A stretch of DNA of 64,000 nt from assembly GCA_902800055.1 (NCBI GenBank), contig CADCCW010000005.1, positions 27,217-91,216 on the forward strand, written 5' to 3'. The notes below the pieces were generated by a model, which did no database searches, had not been told where the DNA came from, and saw nothing but the letters and a program-made list of their open reading frames with translations. The DNA is from an uncultured bacterium (GTDB taxonomy: Bacteria; Verrucomicrobiota; Kiritimatiellia; RFP12; UBA1067). Every line of letters begins with the position of its first letter. The stretch's first letter is position 1. The position numbers were made by a program, and so were the translations under genes. Shown here piece by piece: positions 34,035 through 43,132 of the stretch.

Positions 34035-35186
34035 TCAGCGCTGCCACACCGGCGAGATGAAGTTGCCCTCCGCGCCGCCAAAGAGCTGGCGCGGCTTGTC
34101 GCCGTCCTTGAGCGTGTCGATGATGAAGACCGCGCGGTCGCGGCTGGCGGCGAGGTGGCGCATGTCGCGCGACCAGGTCGGATGCTCCCAGTTGCCCTCC
34201 GGGGTGACCAGCTCCGCCGTCGCGTCGCCCTCGGCCGAGTTCATCACCGCCACCTGCGCGCCGCCGCGCTTGGTGATGTAGGCGATGCGGCCGTCCGGGC
34301 CCCAGTCGGGGTCGACGTTCTCGCGTCCGCGCGAGGTCAGGCGGCGCTTCGCCTTCGTCTCGACGTCGACTACGTAGATCTGCGGGTTGCGCGCCTCGTT
34401 GGAGACGTAGGCGATCTTCTTGCCGTCGGGGCTCCACGCAGGCTGGCCCTCGCTCGCCAGCGGGGTATTGGTGAGCCGCTTGACGCGGTCGCCGCTGATG
34501 ACGTAGAGCTCGGGGTTGCCGTGGACGGAGAGGATCGCCGCCACCTTGGTGCCGTCGGGCGAAACCGCGATGCCGTCGGGCGAGCCCTTGAAGCTCCACT
34601 TCAGGCTGCGTTTGCCGGTGGCGGTGTTGAGCTCCCACACCTGCGGCGCGCCCTTGAGGTCGCTGATGTAAACGACCGAATCGCGGTCCTTCCAGCGCTG
34701 GAAGATCGTCATCCGCCCGTCGCTCGTCAGCTGCCTCACGTCGTAGCCGTCGGGATAGCTGACGCACATCTCGCTAGGCCGCACCTGTCCGCGGCCGGCC
34801 GACTTGCCGCGGTTGAGGAAGAGCAGCCGATCGAGCGCAAAGCCCTTCTGGTTGCCGAACGCCTCGCACATCGCGTCGGCGAAGCGGCGCGCGGCCATGC
34901 GGGCGGACTTGTCGTCGGAGAACGCCTCGGCCGACGAGACCACCTTGCCGCGGCCCTCCGCCTTCACCGCGCCGGAGCCGCCGCTGACCTTGATCGTGCC
35001 GTCGCTGCGGACGGTGAAAAGCCCCGAGATCTCGAGGTTCTTCGCCAGGCACTTCGAATACGCGCCGTTGGCGACTTGGATCGACACCGTGAACTTCTGG
35101 GCGCCGACACCGGAGATGTTTACAACCGTCTCTGCCGTCGCGGCGAGACCGAAGGCCATTGCAGCCAGGAAACAGATTCTTTTCAT
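34035..35186 (-). CDS. tolB: TolB-like periplasmic beta-propeller (PD40 repeats)
   Basis: Signal peptide MKRICFLAAMAFGLAATA; repeats SPDGTKVA, PAWSPDGKKIAYVS, PDWGPDGRIAY, PTWSRD. Confidence 0.85.
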   Translation of the reverse strand: MKRICFLAAMAFGLAATAETVVNISGVGAQKFTVSIQVANGAYSKCLAKNLEISGLFTVRSDGTIKVSGGSGAVKAEGRGKVVSSAEAFSDDKSARMAARRFADAMCEAFGNQKGFALDRLLFLNRGKSAGRGQVRPSEMCVSYPDGYDVRQLTSDGRMTIFQRWKDRDSVVYISDLKGAPQVWELNTATGKRSLKWSFKGSPDGIAVSPDGTKVAAILSVHGNPELYVISGDRVKRLTNTPLASEGQPAWSPDGKKIAYVSNEARNPQIYVVDVETKAKRRLTSRGRENVDPDWGPDGRIAYITKRGGAQVAVMNSAEGDATAELVTPEGNWEHPTWSRDMRHLAASRDRAVFIIDTLKDGDKPRQLFGGAEGNFISPVWQR

Positions 35187-35193
35187 GGAGTGT

Positions 35194-35204
35194 ATTATAC
35201 CATA
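35194..35204 (-). promoter_or_regulatory. Extended -10 promoter TATGGTATAAT, 7 nt before the tolB ATG (leaderless geometry)
   Basis: TATAAT-acactcc-ATG. Confidence 0.8.
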
Positions 35205-35221
35205 TCCCATGGCTCTCTGTC

Positions 35222-36457
35222 CTAGTGCTTCAGCGCACGGAACCTCAGGAGCGCCTCGAGGAAGTAGTAGTCGCCGTAGTCGAGGGGAACGTCAATTTCG
35301 CTGTTGCCCGGCTTGTGCCCGACGCCGTGCTTCAGCAGCCAGCCGCCGTTCTCGCCCGGCTTTGCGAAATAGTCGTCGGAGCAGAGCCAGATGAGCTGAT
35401 GCACCGCGAACGCGCGATACCGCTCGCCATCCTCGCCAGGAACGAACGTTGAAAGTTCCAAGAGGGCCGACGCCATGACGGCCGCGGCGGACGAGTCGCG
35501 CTCCTCGCCGGGAGCGCCGTAGTCCCAGTACGGGATGCCGTCGGCGGGCATATTCGGGTTGTTCATGGCATAGTCCGCGAGCTTCTGCGCGAATTCGAGG
35601 TAGCGCCGCTCCTTCGTGAAGCGGTACATCATCGTATAGCCATAGATGCCCCAGCTCTGCCCACGGCTCCAAGCCGTCTCGCACGAAAGGCCCTGTCCGC
35701 GGCGAAACTCCTGCACCTGCCCGAGGAAACCAGGCCGCTGGTCGTAGTTGAGTACGTGGTAGCAGCCGCCGTCTGCGCGGAAGTGGTGCTTCATCGTGAC
35801 GTCCGCATGCGAACGTGCGATTTTGTCAAACCGTTCCCCGTTCCCCATTCCCCGTTCCCCGTTCCCCGTTCCCCATTCCCCATTCTTCGCCACCGCCTCG
35901 AGCAGTTCGAGGTTCATCAAGTTGTCAGGGATGACGAGGAAGTCGTTCTTGCCGTCAAGCGCGCCCCAGCTCCTTATGAGCCCGAGACTGGGGTTGAACC
36001 GCTTCGAGAGCGACGCCGCCGTCTCGCGCAGCAGGTCATCGTACTTGTCGGTCTTGAGTATCCGCCGCGCGTTCCCGTACGAGCAGTTCATGATGAAGCC
36101 GACGTCGTGGTTGTCGGTCACCTTGGAATTTGGCGCGAGCATCTCCGTCCACACGGTCGCCCGCTCCTTGAAGAACTCGTCGCCGGTCGCCTCGTAGAGA
36201 TACCAGAGCGAGCCAGGGAAATGGCCCGAGGTCCACCAGTAGATGGAGCGCATGTCGAGCCTGCCGGTCTTGGCGCTCCAGCTGTGCGGAACCTTCCCCT
36301 TCGCATCACCAGCCTCCATGAGCGGCGTCGCCGCCGCATCCAGCGCTTTATAGTGGACTGCGGACCTGGCGAAGACCTCCGGCAGACGCTTTACGAGAAG
36401 ATCCTCATGTTGATTCGCCGCGACCGCGGCAGCGGCAAGCAGAGTTGCGATAAACAT
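35222..36457 (-). CDS. ugl: Unsaturated glucuronyl hydrolase (GH88)
   Basis: WWTSGHFPGSLW, NHDVGF, IPDNLMNLELL, HADVTMKHHFRADG, WSRGQSWGIYG, PYWDY, RDSSAAA, YGDYYFLEAL. Confidence 0.9.
   Translation of the reverse strand: MFIATLLAAAAVAANQHEDLLVKRLPEVFARSAVHYKALDAAATPLMEAGDAKGKVPHSWSAKTGRLDMRSIYWWTSGHFPGSLWYLYEATGDEFFKERATVWTEMLAPNSKVTDNHDVGFIMNCSYGNARRILKTDKYDDLLRETAASLSKRFNPSLGLIRSWGALDGKNDFLVIPDNLMNLELLEAVAKNGEWGTGNGERGMGNGERFDKIARSHADVTMKHHFRADGGCYHVLNYDQRPGFLGQVQEFRRGQGLSCETAWSRGQSWGIYGYTMMYRFTKERRYLEFAQKLADYAMNNPNMPADGIPYWDYGAPGEERDSSAAAVMASALLELSTFVPGEDGERYRAFAVHQLIWLCSDDYFAKPGENGGWLLKHGVGHKPGNSEIDVPLDYGDYYFLEALLRFRALKH
35834..35882. repeat. Heptamer tandem repeat (TTCCCCR)x7, in-frame inside GH88
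   Basis: ttccccg ttcccca ttccccg ttccccg ttccccg ttcccca ttcccca; encodes NGEWGTGNGERGMGNGE. Confidence 0.92.
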
Positions 36458-36475
36458 GTCGTTCCCCCTTTCAGC

Positions 36476-37168
36476 CTACCGTGCCAGCCAACCGCCGTCG
36501 ACCGGCAGAATCGCGCCGTGAATGTAGGCCGCCGCGGGCGAACAAAGGAACACGCATGCGCCAGCGATGTCCGCGGCCTCGCCCCAGCGCCCCGCCGGAA
36601 TGCGCTCGAGGATCTGGCGCGAGCGGACCGGGTCGGCCCGGAGCGCGGCGGTGTTGTCAGTCGCGATGTAGCCGGGCGCGATGCCGTTCACGTTCACCCC
36701 CTTCGGCGCCCACTCGTTCGCAAGCGCCTTCACGAGCTGGCCGACCGCGCCCTTCGACGCCGCGTAGCCCGGCACGGTGATCCCGCCCTGAAAGGTTAGG
36801 AGCGAGCAGGTGAAGACGATCTTGCCCCAGCCGCGCGCCACCATGTCCTTGCCGAACTCGCGGGCGAGGATGAACTGCGAGTCGAGGTTGACGGACATCA
36901 CCTTGTCCCACCACTCGTCCGGATGCTCGGCGGCAGGCTTCCTCAGGATCATCCCCGCGTTGTTCACGAGGATGTCGATCTGGTGCTCCTTCTTGACGCG
37001 CTCGATGAACGCATAGACCGCCTTGCGGTCGGAGAGGTCGCAGTCCTTCGACGATGTGCGCACCACCTGCGCGCCGGCCGCCTCGAGCGCGTCGGCCATC
37101 GCCTTGCCGATGCCGCGGTTGGAGCCGGTCACGAGCGCCGTTTTCCCCGTTAGATCGTAAGTTATCAT
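36476..37168 (-). CDS. kduD: 2-dehydro-3-deoxy-D-gluconate 5-dehydrogenase (SDR)
   Basis: TGSNRGIG, NNAGMILRKPA, GYAASKGAVGQL..ALANEWA, APGYIATDNT..LRAD; adjacent to kduI. Confidence 0.9.
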   Translation of the reverse strand: MITYDLTGKTALVTGSNRGIGKAMADALEAAGAQVVRTSSKDCDLSDRKAVYAFIERVKKEHQIDILVNNAGMILRKPAAEHPDEWWDKVMSVNLDSQFILAREFGKDMVARGWGKIVFTCSLLTFQGGITVPGYAASKGAVGQLVKALANEWAPKGVNVNGIAPGYIATDNTAALRADPVRSRQILERIPAGRWGEAADIAGACVFLCSPAAAYIHGAILPVDGGWLAR

Positions 37169-37177
37169 GTTTCCTCC

Positions 37178-38002
37178 TTATTTCATTTCCGTCACGGATA
37201 CTTTGTCCATGTCGCCGTAGTTGAGGTTCTCGCCGCCCATGCCCCAGATGAACATGTAGTTCGAGGTTCCCGCGGCGGAATGGACGCTCCACTCTGGCGC
37301 GGTGATCGCCTGCTCGTTGTGGAGCCACACGAGCCGTTGCTCCTGCGGACGGCCCATCTGGTGGCAGATTGCCTGGCCTTCGGGGACGTTGAAGTAGAAA
37401 TACGCCTCCATGCGCCGGTTGTGGGTGTGCTGGGGCATCGTGTTCCAGACGCTTCCGGGCTTGAGCTCCGTGAGCCCCATCTGAAGCTGGTTGCAGCCGC
37501 CGCCAGGAGTCTTCGTCAAGACCGGCGAGACGATGAGTTGGTTGATTACGCGGTCGTTCGACTCCTCCATCTTGCCGGCCTTGATGTAGTTGCCGATCGT
37601 GTAGCCCGGCTTCTTGCAGTTCTGGTCGCTCGTGATGCGCTGCGTGCAGCCGACGTAGAGCGCCTCCTTGAACTCAAGCTCATACTTCTCGCCATCGACA
37701 GTGACGACTCCCTTGCCGCCGACGTTGATGACGCCGAGCTCGCGGCGGTCGAGGAAATGCTCGGCCTTGAGCTCCTCGAACGTGTCGAGCGTCAGCTCCT
37801 TCTCCACCGGCATCGCGCCGCCGTAGACGAGGCGGTCGTACATCGTGTAGGTGACATTGATCTCGTCGGGGGCCATCACCTTCTCCATCACGAAGCGCTC
37901 GCGCGTCTTCGCGGTGTCGTACAACTTGAAGTCGTCGGGGTGCACCGCGGTCTGAACGGTGAAGTTCACCGTAGTAGCCAGCATTATCGCAATCATGTTC
38001 AT
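37178..38002 (-). CDS. kduI: 5-dehydro-4-deoxy-D-glucuronate isomerase
   Basis: [59 protein letters not shown]-like [32 protein letters not shown]. Confidence 0.92.
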   Translation of the reverse strand: MNMIAIMLATTVNFTVQTAVHPDDFKLYDTAKTRERFVMEKVMAPDEINVTYTMYDRLVYGGAMPVEKELTLDTFEELKAEHFLDRRELGVINVGGKGVVTVDGEKYELEFKEALYVGCTQRITSDQNCKKPGYTIGNYIKAGKMEESNDRVINQLIVSPVLTKTPGGGCNQLQMGLTELKPGSVWNTMPQHTHNRRMEAYFYFNVPEGQAICHQMGRPQEQRLVWLHNEQAITAPEWSVHSAAGTSNYMFIWGMGGENLNYGDMDKVSVTEMK

Positions 38003-38033
38003 TTGTCTTTCCTTTCCAGTTATTCGCTTGTCG

Positions 38034-39401
38034 TCATTTCATCGCCCTTATCCGCACGAAGTTGACCACGCACATCCCAAGCGCGAGAAGCCCCGCGAGA
38101 GCGGCGCCAATCCACTTGAGCGTGACCGTGAGGTGGTAGATCGCCCAGCACCAGAGCGCCGAGGCAAAGTCCAAGGCCGCGCCGCCCTCGAAGCCCTCTG
38201 GCACGGCGATGCCGTCGCAGTTCGCCGCCGCAATCGCCTTGGTGAAGGCGGGGGTTAAGTTCGTGACGAAAAAGAGCCCCGCCACAAGCGCGACAAGCCC
38301 GATGACAAAAGTCTTCGACACATTGCCCTTCGTAATCGGCAGCACGCACGGAAAGAGATAGAACATCCCCGCGAGCGACGCGAGCGGCAGAAACTTGTTG
38401 CCCGGCAGGAAGACCGACAAAAAGAGAATCACCGGAATCAGCAGGATCGAGACGACGAGCGTCGTCGGGTGGCCGATCACGAGCGCGGGGCTCATGCCGA
38501 TTGAAAGGCCCTTGAGGCCGGAGAAGCGCTTTTCGACAAAGCTCCTCGTCTGTTCGCAGATGGGCCTGAGGCCCTCGATGAAAAGCGAGGTGATGCGCGG
38601 GATAAGCTCCATCACCGCGCCGACAGTGACGCCAAGCTTCAGGATCGACGGAATAGAATCGACGACGCCCTTCCACGAGTCGCACCGCAAGGCACCGATG
38701 CCGCAGCCGATGAGAAGCCCGAGGAAAAGCGGCTCGCCAAGAAGCCCGAACTTCCTCTTCATTCCCTCTGCATCGATGTCGAGCTTCGAGAAACCGGGGA
38801 TGCGGTCGAGGAGCCAGCCAATCGCCACCGCGAACGGCGTGAAGCTCTGGCAGAACGGCTGGGGGATGGAGATGCCGTCCATGTCCTTGTAGTAGGACTG
38901 AAAGCCCTTAGCGGTGAAGTCCGCCATACAAAGCGTAATGATGTAAAGGACAATCGCCGCATAGAACGCCCAGCCAAGCGAACCGGTCGCAAAGAACACC
39001 ATCGCGCCGAGAAACGCGAAATGCCAGTAGTTCCAGAGGTCGATGTTCACCGTGCGCGTCGTCTTCGTCAGCAGCATCACGACGTTGACGCCGAGGCAGA
39101 CAGGAATGATGAACGCGCCGACCGCGCACGAGTACGCAACCGCCGCGGCGGCTGGCCAGCCGAGGTCGAAGAACGGAAGGTTCAGGTGGTAGAGGTCGGT
39201 CATGCCCTTCAGCGCCGGACCGAGGCTCGTGGTGAGGAGCGCCGTGACGACGCCGAGGCCCACGAAACCGACGCCGACGAGCAGCCCCGACTTCAGCGCC
39301 TTGGCGGGCTTGATTCCGATCAGCACCCCGAGCACGGTGAAGATGACCGGCATCATCACCGCCGCGCCGAGCCCGATTATGTAGGCAAAGACTTCCTGCA
39401 T
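38034..39401 (-). CDS. PTS galactitol-type IIC-like permease, with no IIA/IIB in the window
   Basis: [84 protein letters not shown]. Confidence 0.88.
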   Translation of the reverse strand: MQEVFAYIIGLGAAVMMPVIFTVLGVLIGIKPAKALKSGLLVGVGFVGLGVVTALLTTSLGPALKGMTDLYHLNLPFFDLGWPAAAAVAYSCAVGAFIIPVCLGVNVVMLLTKTTRTVNIDLWNYWHFAFLGAMVFFATGSLGWAFYAAIVLYIITLCMADFTAKGFQSYYKDMDGISIPQPFCQSFTPFAVAIGWLLDRIPGFSKLDIDAEGMKRKFGLLGEPLFLGLLIGCGIGALRCDSWKGVVDSIPSILKLGVTVGAVMELIPRITSLFIEGLRPICEQTRSFVEKRFSGLKGLSIGMSPALVIGHPTTLVVSILLIPVILFLSVFLPGNKFLPLASLAGMFYLFPCVLPITKGNVSKTFVIGLVALVAGLFFVTNLTPAFTKAIAAANCDGIAVPEGFEGGAALDFASALWCWAIYHLTVTLKWIGAALAGLLALGMCVVNFVRIRAMK

Positions 39402-39428
39402 GGTCTTGCTCCCGCAAAAGCCCGGCCG

Positions 39429-40151
39429 CTATTCCACGACCGAAAAGATATCCACCAGCTTGACGGTCATCGACCGGTCGTCGCGGCCAAAATACTTCAC
39501 CTTGCCCGCCTTGTCCACCAGGTAGAACACCGGCCCCTTGCCGACAGAACGCGGTTCCGCCGGATGTCCGCCCCCCTCGCAGCAGGGCAGGTCGGAAACC
39601 GCCTTGCTGAGGATCTTCTTCGCGCTCTCGGCGTCGCCGCCGCGGTGCGAGGCGAAAACGACCATCGGCTTGCCGTGGAAGCCGTCCAATATCCGCTGGG
39701 CGGCGGCGAGCATGTTAAGGCTCTCGGCGTCTTCTGAATTCCAGACGCAAACGACCACTGCCTTGCCGCGGAAGTCGCGCTCCGACACGCGCCGGCGGGT
39801 AAGCCACTTCGCCTCGTTGAGCGACAGCCGCTCGATGCGCTTGTCCTCGGTGCCCTCCATGAGCGAGTTCTCGACCGCGCGCTTGGAGAGCGGCTTCGCA
39901 AACGGATCGGCGGACGGCTCGGCGGATTCGGTTTCCTCCGCGGCAGACGCCTCCGTCTCCGCTTCTCCCTTCTCGCCGCGGCAGCGGTCGACGAGTGCAA
40001 GCGTCCAGTCACGGGCGACGAAGTAGTAGTCGCGGCAGTAGGGGTCGATGAACTTCGCCGCGGCAGAATCGGGGAAGAGCTCGTAGATCACCGCGACCGC
40101 GGCGGCGGCCAGCACGGCCAGGAACACTATCAGCTTGATCAGTCGTTTCAT
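39429..40151 (-). CDS. Membrane-anchored thioredoxin-like (TlpA-fold) protein lacking CxxC
   Basis: N-terminal TM; RGKAVVVCVWNSEDAES in place of GK-VL-NFWAxWCxxC; PVFYLVDKAGKV. Confidence 0.55.
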   Translation of the reverse strand: MKRLIKLIVFLAVLAAAAVAVIYELFPDSAAAKFIDPYCRDYYFVARDWTLALVDRCRGEKGEAETEASAAEETESAEPSADPFAKPLSKRAVENSLMEGTEDKRIERLSLNEAKWLTRRRVSERDFRGKAVVVCVWNSEDAESLNMLAAAQRILDGFHGKPMVVFASHRGGDAESAKKILSKAVSDLPCCEGGGHPAEPRSVGKGPVFYLVDKAGKVKYFGRDDRSMTVKLVDIFSVVE

Positions 40152-40171
40152 GTTTCCTCCTTGTCCAGTTT

Positions 40172-40588
40172 CTACTCCCAGAAGGCGGCGTCGCCGGTGC
40201 GGCGGAAGAGGCTGAGGGTGAAGGGATGGCACCTCGCCCCCTTGCCGGTGCGGCAGTGGCGGCAGAAGAATCGGATGGTGGAAGGACCGTCGTAGCCGCG
40301 ATGGATGCGGACGCGCACGTTGGCGCGGCGGGCAAACCCGTCGTCGGGGCCTCCACGCTCGTGGTCGATTGTCACCTCCACGTCGCCGTCGTCGCAGGTG
40401 TAGTCCCATCGGCAGAGAGGACCGGACTCGTCAAGGGCGAAATACCATCGGTCGCCGCTCTGCACGCGCAGCACCTGGCTTTCGCCGGGGCGCGGCAGCA
40501 GACGCCGGTCGACGCCCTGGCAGCCGACGGCGAAGAGCAGCGCCGCCGCGACCGGCAGAAGCAACTGCGCTGGACTCGGGCACCTCAT
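40172..40588 (-). CDS. Hypothetical lipoprotein
   Basis: Lipobox-like LFAVGC after a hydrophobic leader; about 138 aa, beta-rich. Confidence 0.6.
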   Translation of the reverse strand: MRCPSPAQLLLPVAAALLFAVGCQGVDRRLLPRPGESQVLRVQSGDRWYFALDESGPLCRWDYTCDDGDVEVTIDHERGGPDDGFARRANVRVRIHRGYDGPSTIRFFCRHCRTGKGARCHPFTLSLFRRTGDAAFWE

Positions 40589-40590
40589 CT

Positions 40591-41286
40591 TCAGAGAAAC
40601 GCCAGCAGGACTGGTGGCGCGATGAGCAAAGAGTCGATCATGTCGAGGATGCCGCCAAGGCCGTTGGTCATCTTCATCGCCGACGAGTCCTTCACGCCGA
40701 CCCAGCGCTTGAACTTCGACTCCACCAGGTCGCCGGCGGTGCCGAGCAGCGCCGCGGCGGCGCCCAGGGCAAGCGACTTCCCCCAGCCGAAGCCGGTGGC
40801 GCCCATGAAGAGGCAGGAGACGAGCGAGGAGACCGCCACCGAACCGAACAGCCCTTCCCAGCTCTTGTTCGGCGAGATCGTGGGGCAGAGCTTGTGGTTG
40901 CCGCCCTTCATCAGCTTCGCGGAGGTGAGCCCGAACGCGAACCCGCCGACGTCGGAGAACTTGACGATCGCGATCACGTAGAGAAGCATCACGTTGCCGA
41001 GCCGGAACGGACCGCACATCTCGCTTTCGCCGTAGCGGAGCGGGACCGACGCAAGCGACAGGAGCCCGTAGCCGATCAGCAGCACGCCGGCGAGGAACAC
41101 GACGGCGTGGACCGCGCCGGGACGCGGCGCCTTCAACTTCATCAAAAGCGCGAACTCGACCATGGCGAGCACCGCGAGGACCATCACCACCGTGACGATG
41201 GCGCCCGGCGGCGCCAGGAGCGACGCGGCGATCACCGCCCCTCCGACCGCGAGTCCGGTCAGCGTCCGCTTCAATACCGGGTTCAC
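40591..41286 (-). CDS. cdsA: Phosphatidate cytidylyltransferase
   Basis: KFSDVGGF, HKLCPTISPNKSWEG, GDLVESKFKR..GVKDS, GGILDMIDS. Confidence 0.93.
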   Translation of the reverse strand: MNPVLKRTLTGLAVGGAVIAASLLAPPGAIVTVVMVLAVLAMVEFALLMKLKAPRPGAVHAVVFLAGVLLIGYGLLSLASVPLRYGESEMCGPFRLGNVMLLYVIAIVKFSDVGGFAFGLTSAKLMKGGNHKLCPTISPNKSWEGLFGSVAVSSLVSCLFMGATGFGWGKSLALGAAAALLGTAGDLVESKFKRWVGVKDSSAMKMTNGLGGILDMIDSLLIAPPVLLAFL

Positions 41287-42560
41287 ACGCCGATCCTCAA
41301 GGTGGTTTCGCGCGCCGGGCCGACGGAGAGGACGCCGAGCTTGCCGCCGACGAGCTCGAGGACCCGCTCCACATACTTCCGCGCGTTCTCGGGCAGGTCC
41401 TCGTAGCGGGTCACGTGCGAGGTCTCGCACTTCCAACCAGGCAGCTCCTCGTAGACCGGCTCGCAGCGGTCAAGCACGGCGAGGTCGGCCGGGAAAGTCT
41501 GGTAGACGAAGCCGTCGTCGCGCCGATAGCCGGTGCAGATCTTCACCGTCTCGAACTCGTCCAGCACGTCGAGCTTGGTCATCGCCCAGAAGTCCACGCC
41601 GTTGACGCGCTGGGCGTAGCGGGCGACGACGGCGTCGAACCAGCCGCAGCGCCGCGGGCGCCCGGTGGTGGCGCCGAACTCGCCGCCGCGGCGGCGCAGG
41701 GTCTCGCCGTCCGCGTCCTTAAGCTCGGTCGGGAACGGCCCCTCGCCGACGCGGGTGGTGTAGAGCTTGAGGACGCCGATCACGCGGTCGATCGCACGCG
41801 GAGAGACGCCCGAGCCGGTGCAGGCGCCGCCGGCGGTCGGGTTGGACGAGGTGACGAAGGGATAGGTGCCGAAGTCGACGTCGAGCATCGTAGCCTGCGC
41901 GCCCTCGAAGAGCACCGACTTGCCGGCTTCGAGGCTCTCGTGCATGAACTGGATGGTGTCCGTGACGTAGGGCATGAGCGCCGCGACCATCGGCGTGTAG
42001 AGCTTCACCATCTCCTCGGCGTCGAGCGGATGCGCGCCGAGCGCCTCGAGGGCGCGGTTGGCTTCCTCGACCTGGGCGCGCACGACGTCCAGGAAGTTTG
42101 GCTTGAGGATGTCGCCGACGCGCATCCCGTAGCGGCCGACCTTGGCGGCGTAGGCCGGGCCGATGCCACGGCCGGTGGTGCCGATCTTGCGCCCCGCCGG
42201 TCTCGCAGCCTCCTCGGCGCGGTCGATCGCGCGGTGCCACTGCATCACCATGTGCGCGCGCTCGGAGATGTGGAACCGTCCCTTGAGCTCGAAGCCCCAG
42301 CTTTCCACCTGCTCGAGCTCCTTCATGAGGTCGAACGGGTCCATCACCACGCCGTTGCCGATCACGCAGTGCTTGCCTTCGTGCAGCACTCCGCTCGGCA
42401 CGAGGTGGAGGACGTACTTCTTGTCGCCCACCACCACGGTGTGGCCCGCGTTTGACCCGCCCTGGAAGCGCACCACCACGTCCGCCTCCTCGGTCAGGAA
42501 GTCGATTACCTTGCCCTTGCCCTCATCGCCCCACTGGGCGCCGACTAGTACTGTGTTCAT
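41283..42560 (-). CDS. purA: Adenylosuccinate synthetase
   Basis: GAQWGDEGKGK, QGGSNAGHT, IGTTGRGIGPAY, EGAQATMLDVDFGTYPFVTSS, EFGATTGRPRRCGWFD. Confidence 0.98.
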   Translation of the reverse strand: MNTVLVGAQWGDEGKGKVIDFLTEEADVVVRFQGGSNAGHTVVVGDKKYVLHLVPSGVLHEGKHCVIGNGVVMDPFDLMKELEQVESWGFELKGRFHISERAHMVMQWHRAIDRAEEAARPAGRKIGTTGRGIGPAYAAKVGRYGMRVGDILKPNFLDVVRAQVEEANRALEALGAHPLDAEEMVKLYTPMVAALMPYVTDTIQFMHESLEAGKSVLFEGAQATMLDVDFGTYPFVTSSNPTAGGACTGSGVSPRAIDRVIGVLKLYTTRVGEGPFPTELKDADGETLRRRGGEFGATTGRPRRCGWFDAVVARYAQRVNGVDFWAMTKLDVLDEFETVKICTGYRRDDGFVYQTFPADLAVLDRCEPVYEELPGWKCETSHVTRYEDLPENARKYVERVLELVGGKLGVLSVGPARETTLRIGV

Positions 42561-42587
42561 TTTTCTTTCTTGCCCTGCCTTGAGAAA

Positions 42588-43115
42588 TCACTTGCCGGGA
42601 TATTTTACCAGCGACGCGACATCGTAGTCTTTGAGCAGCCCTGCGCGCGCGCCGAAGCCCTCCAGTTCGATCGGAAACACCATCTTCGCGACCTCGCCGC
42701 CGAGCCGCTCCACCATCTTCGCCGCTGCCATGGCGGTGCCGCCGGTGGCTAGGAGGTCGTCGACTATCACCACCCGCTGGCCCGGTTTCACCGCGTCGGT
42801 GTGCATATGCAGCGTCGCCCGCCCGTATTCGAGCTCGTACGTCTCGGATATGGTCTCGCGCGGCAGCTTACCCGGTTTGCGGATCGGCACGAAGGCCGTC
42901 CGGAACCGGTCGGCGAGCGCCGCGCCGAAGATGAACCCGCGCGACTCCGGCGCCGCCACGAGGTCGAACTCGACGTCGGCGAGGAGGCCTACCGTCGAGT
43001 CCAGCGCAAGCTGGAAGCCCTCGGGAGACTCGAGGATCCCGGTGACGTCGCGGAAGAGCACTCCCTCCTTCGGGAAGTCGGGTATGGCCTTTACGTAGTT
43101 CTCCAGGTGCTTCAT
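42588..43115 (-). CDS. apt: Adenine phosphoribosyltransferase
   Basis: IPDFPKEGVLFRDVT, ESRGFIFG, RKPGKLP, YELEYG, VIVDDLLATGGT. Confidence 0.97.
   Translation of the reverse strand: MKHLENYVKAIPDFPKEGVLFRDVTGILESPEGFQLALDSTVGLLADVEFDLVAAPESRGFIFGAALADRFRTAFVPIRKPGKLPRETISETYELEYGRATLHMHTDAVKPGQRVVIVDDLLATGGTAMAAAKMVERLGGEVAKMVFPIELEGFGARAGLLKDYDVASLVKYPGK
42602..42610 (-). promoter_or_regulatory. Extended -10 variant TGGTAAAAT inside the apt 3' end (purA)
   Basis: ATTTTACCA on the plus strand, 41 nt upstream of the purA ATG. Confidence 0.45.
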
Positions 43116-43121
43116 GCCGCT

Positions 43122-43132
43122 ATTATACCATA
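43122..43132 (-). promoter_or_regulatory. Extended -10 promoter TATGGTATAAT, 6 nt before the apt ATG (leaderless geometry)
   Basis: TATAAT-agcggc-ATG; its TAA is also the stop codon of the upstream ABC ATPase. Confidence 0.8.

Noticed and set aside
16748-35882. Tandem repeats as a possible CRISPR array
   Set aside because: The units are 7 nt with no spacers, and no cas genes or 25-40 nt repeat-spacer pattern were seen anywhere in the window.
33734-39401. Two genes that could both be named gatC
   Set aside because: The name clash is coincidental: the amidotransferase subunit C and the PTS galactitol IIC are unrelated. The symbol was given only to the former.
40172-40588. Possible chagasin/I42 protease-inhibitor fold for the small lipoprotein
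   Set aside because: Only a vague beta-strand pattern; the NPTTGY-like motif is absent. Left as hypothetical.
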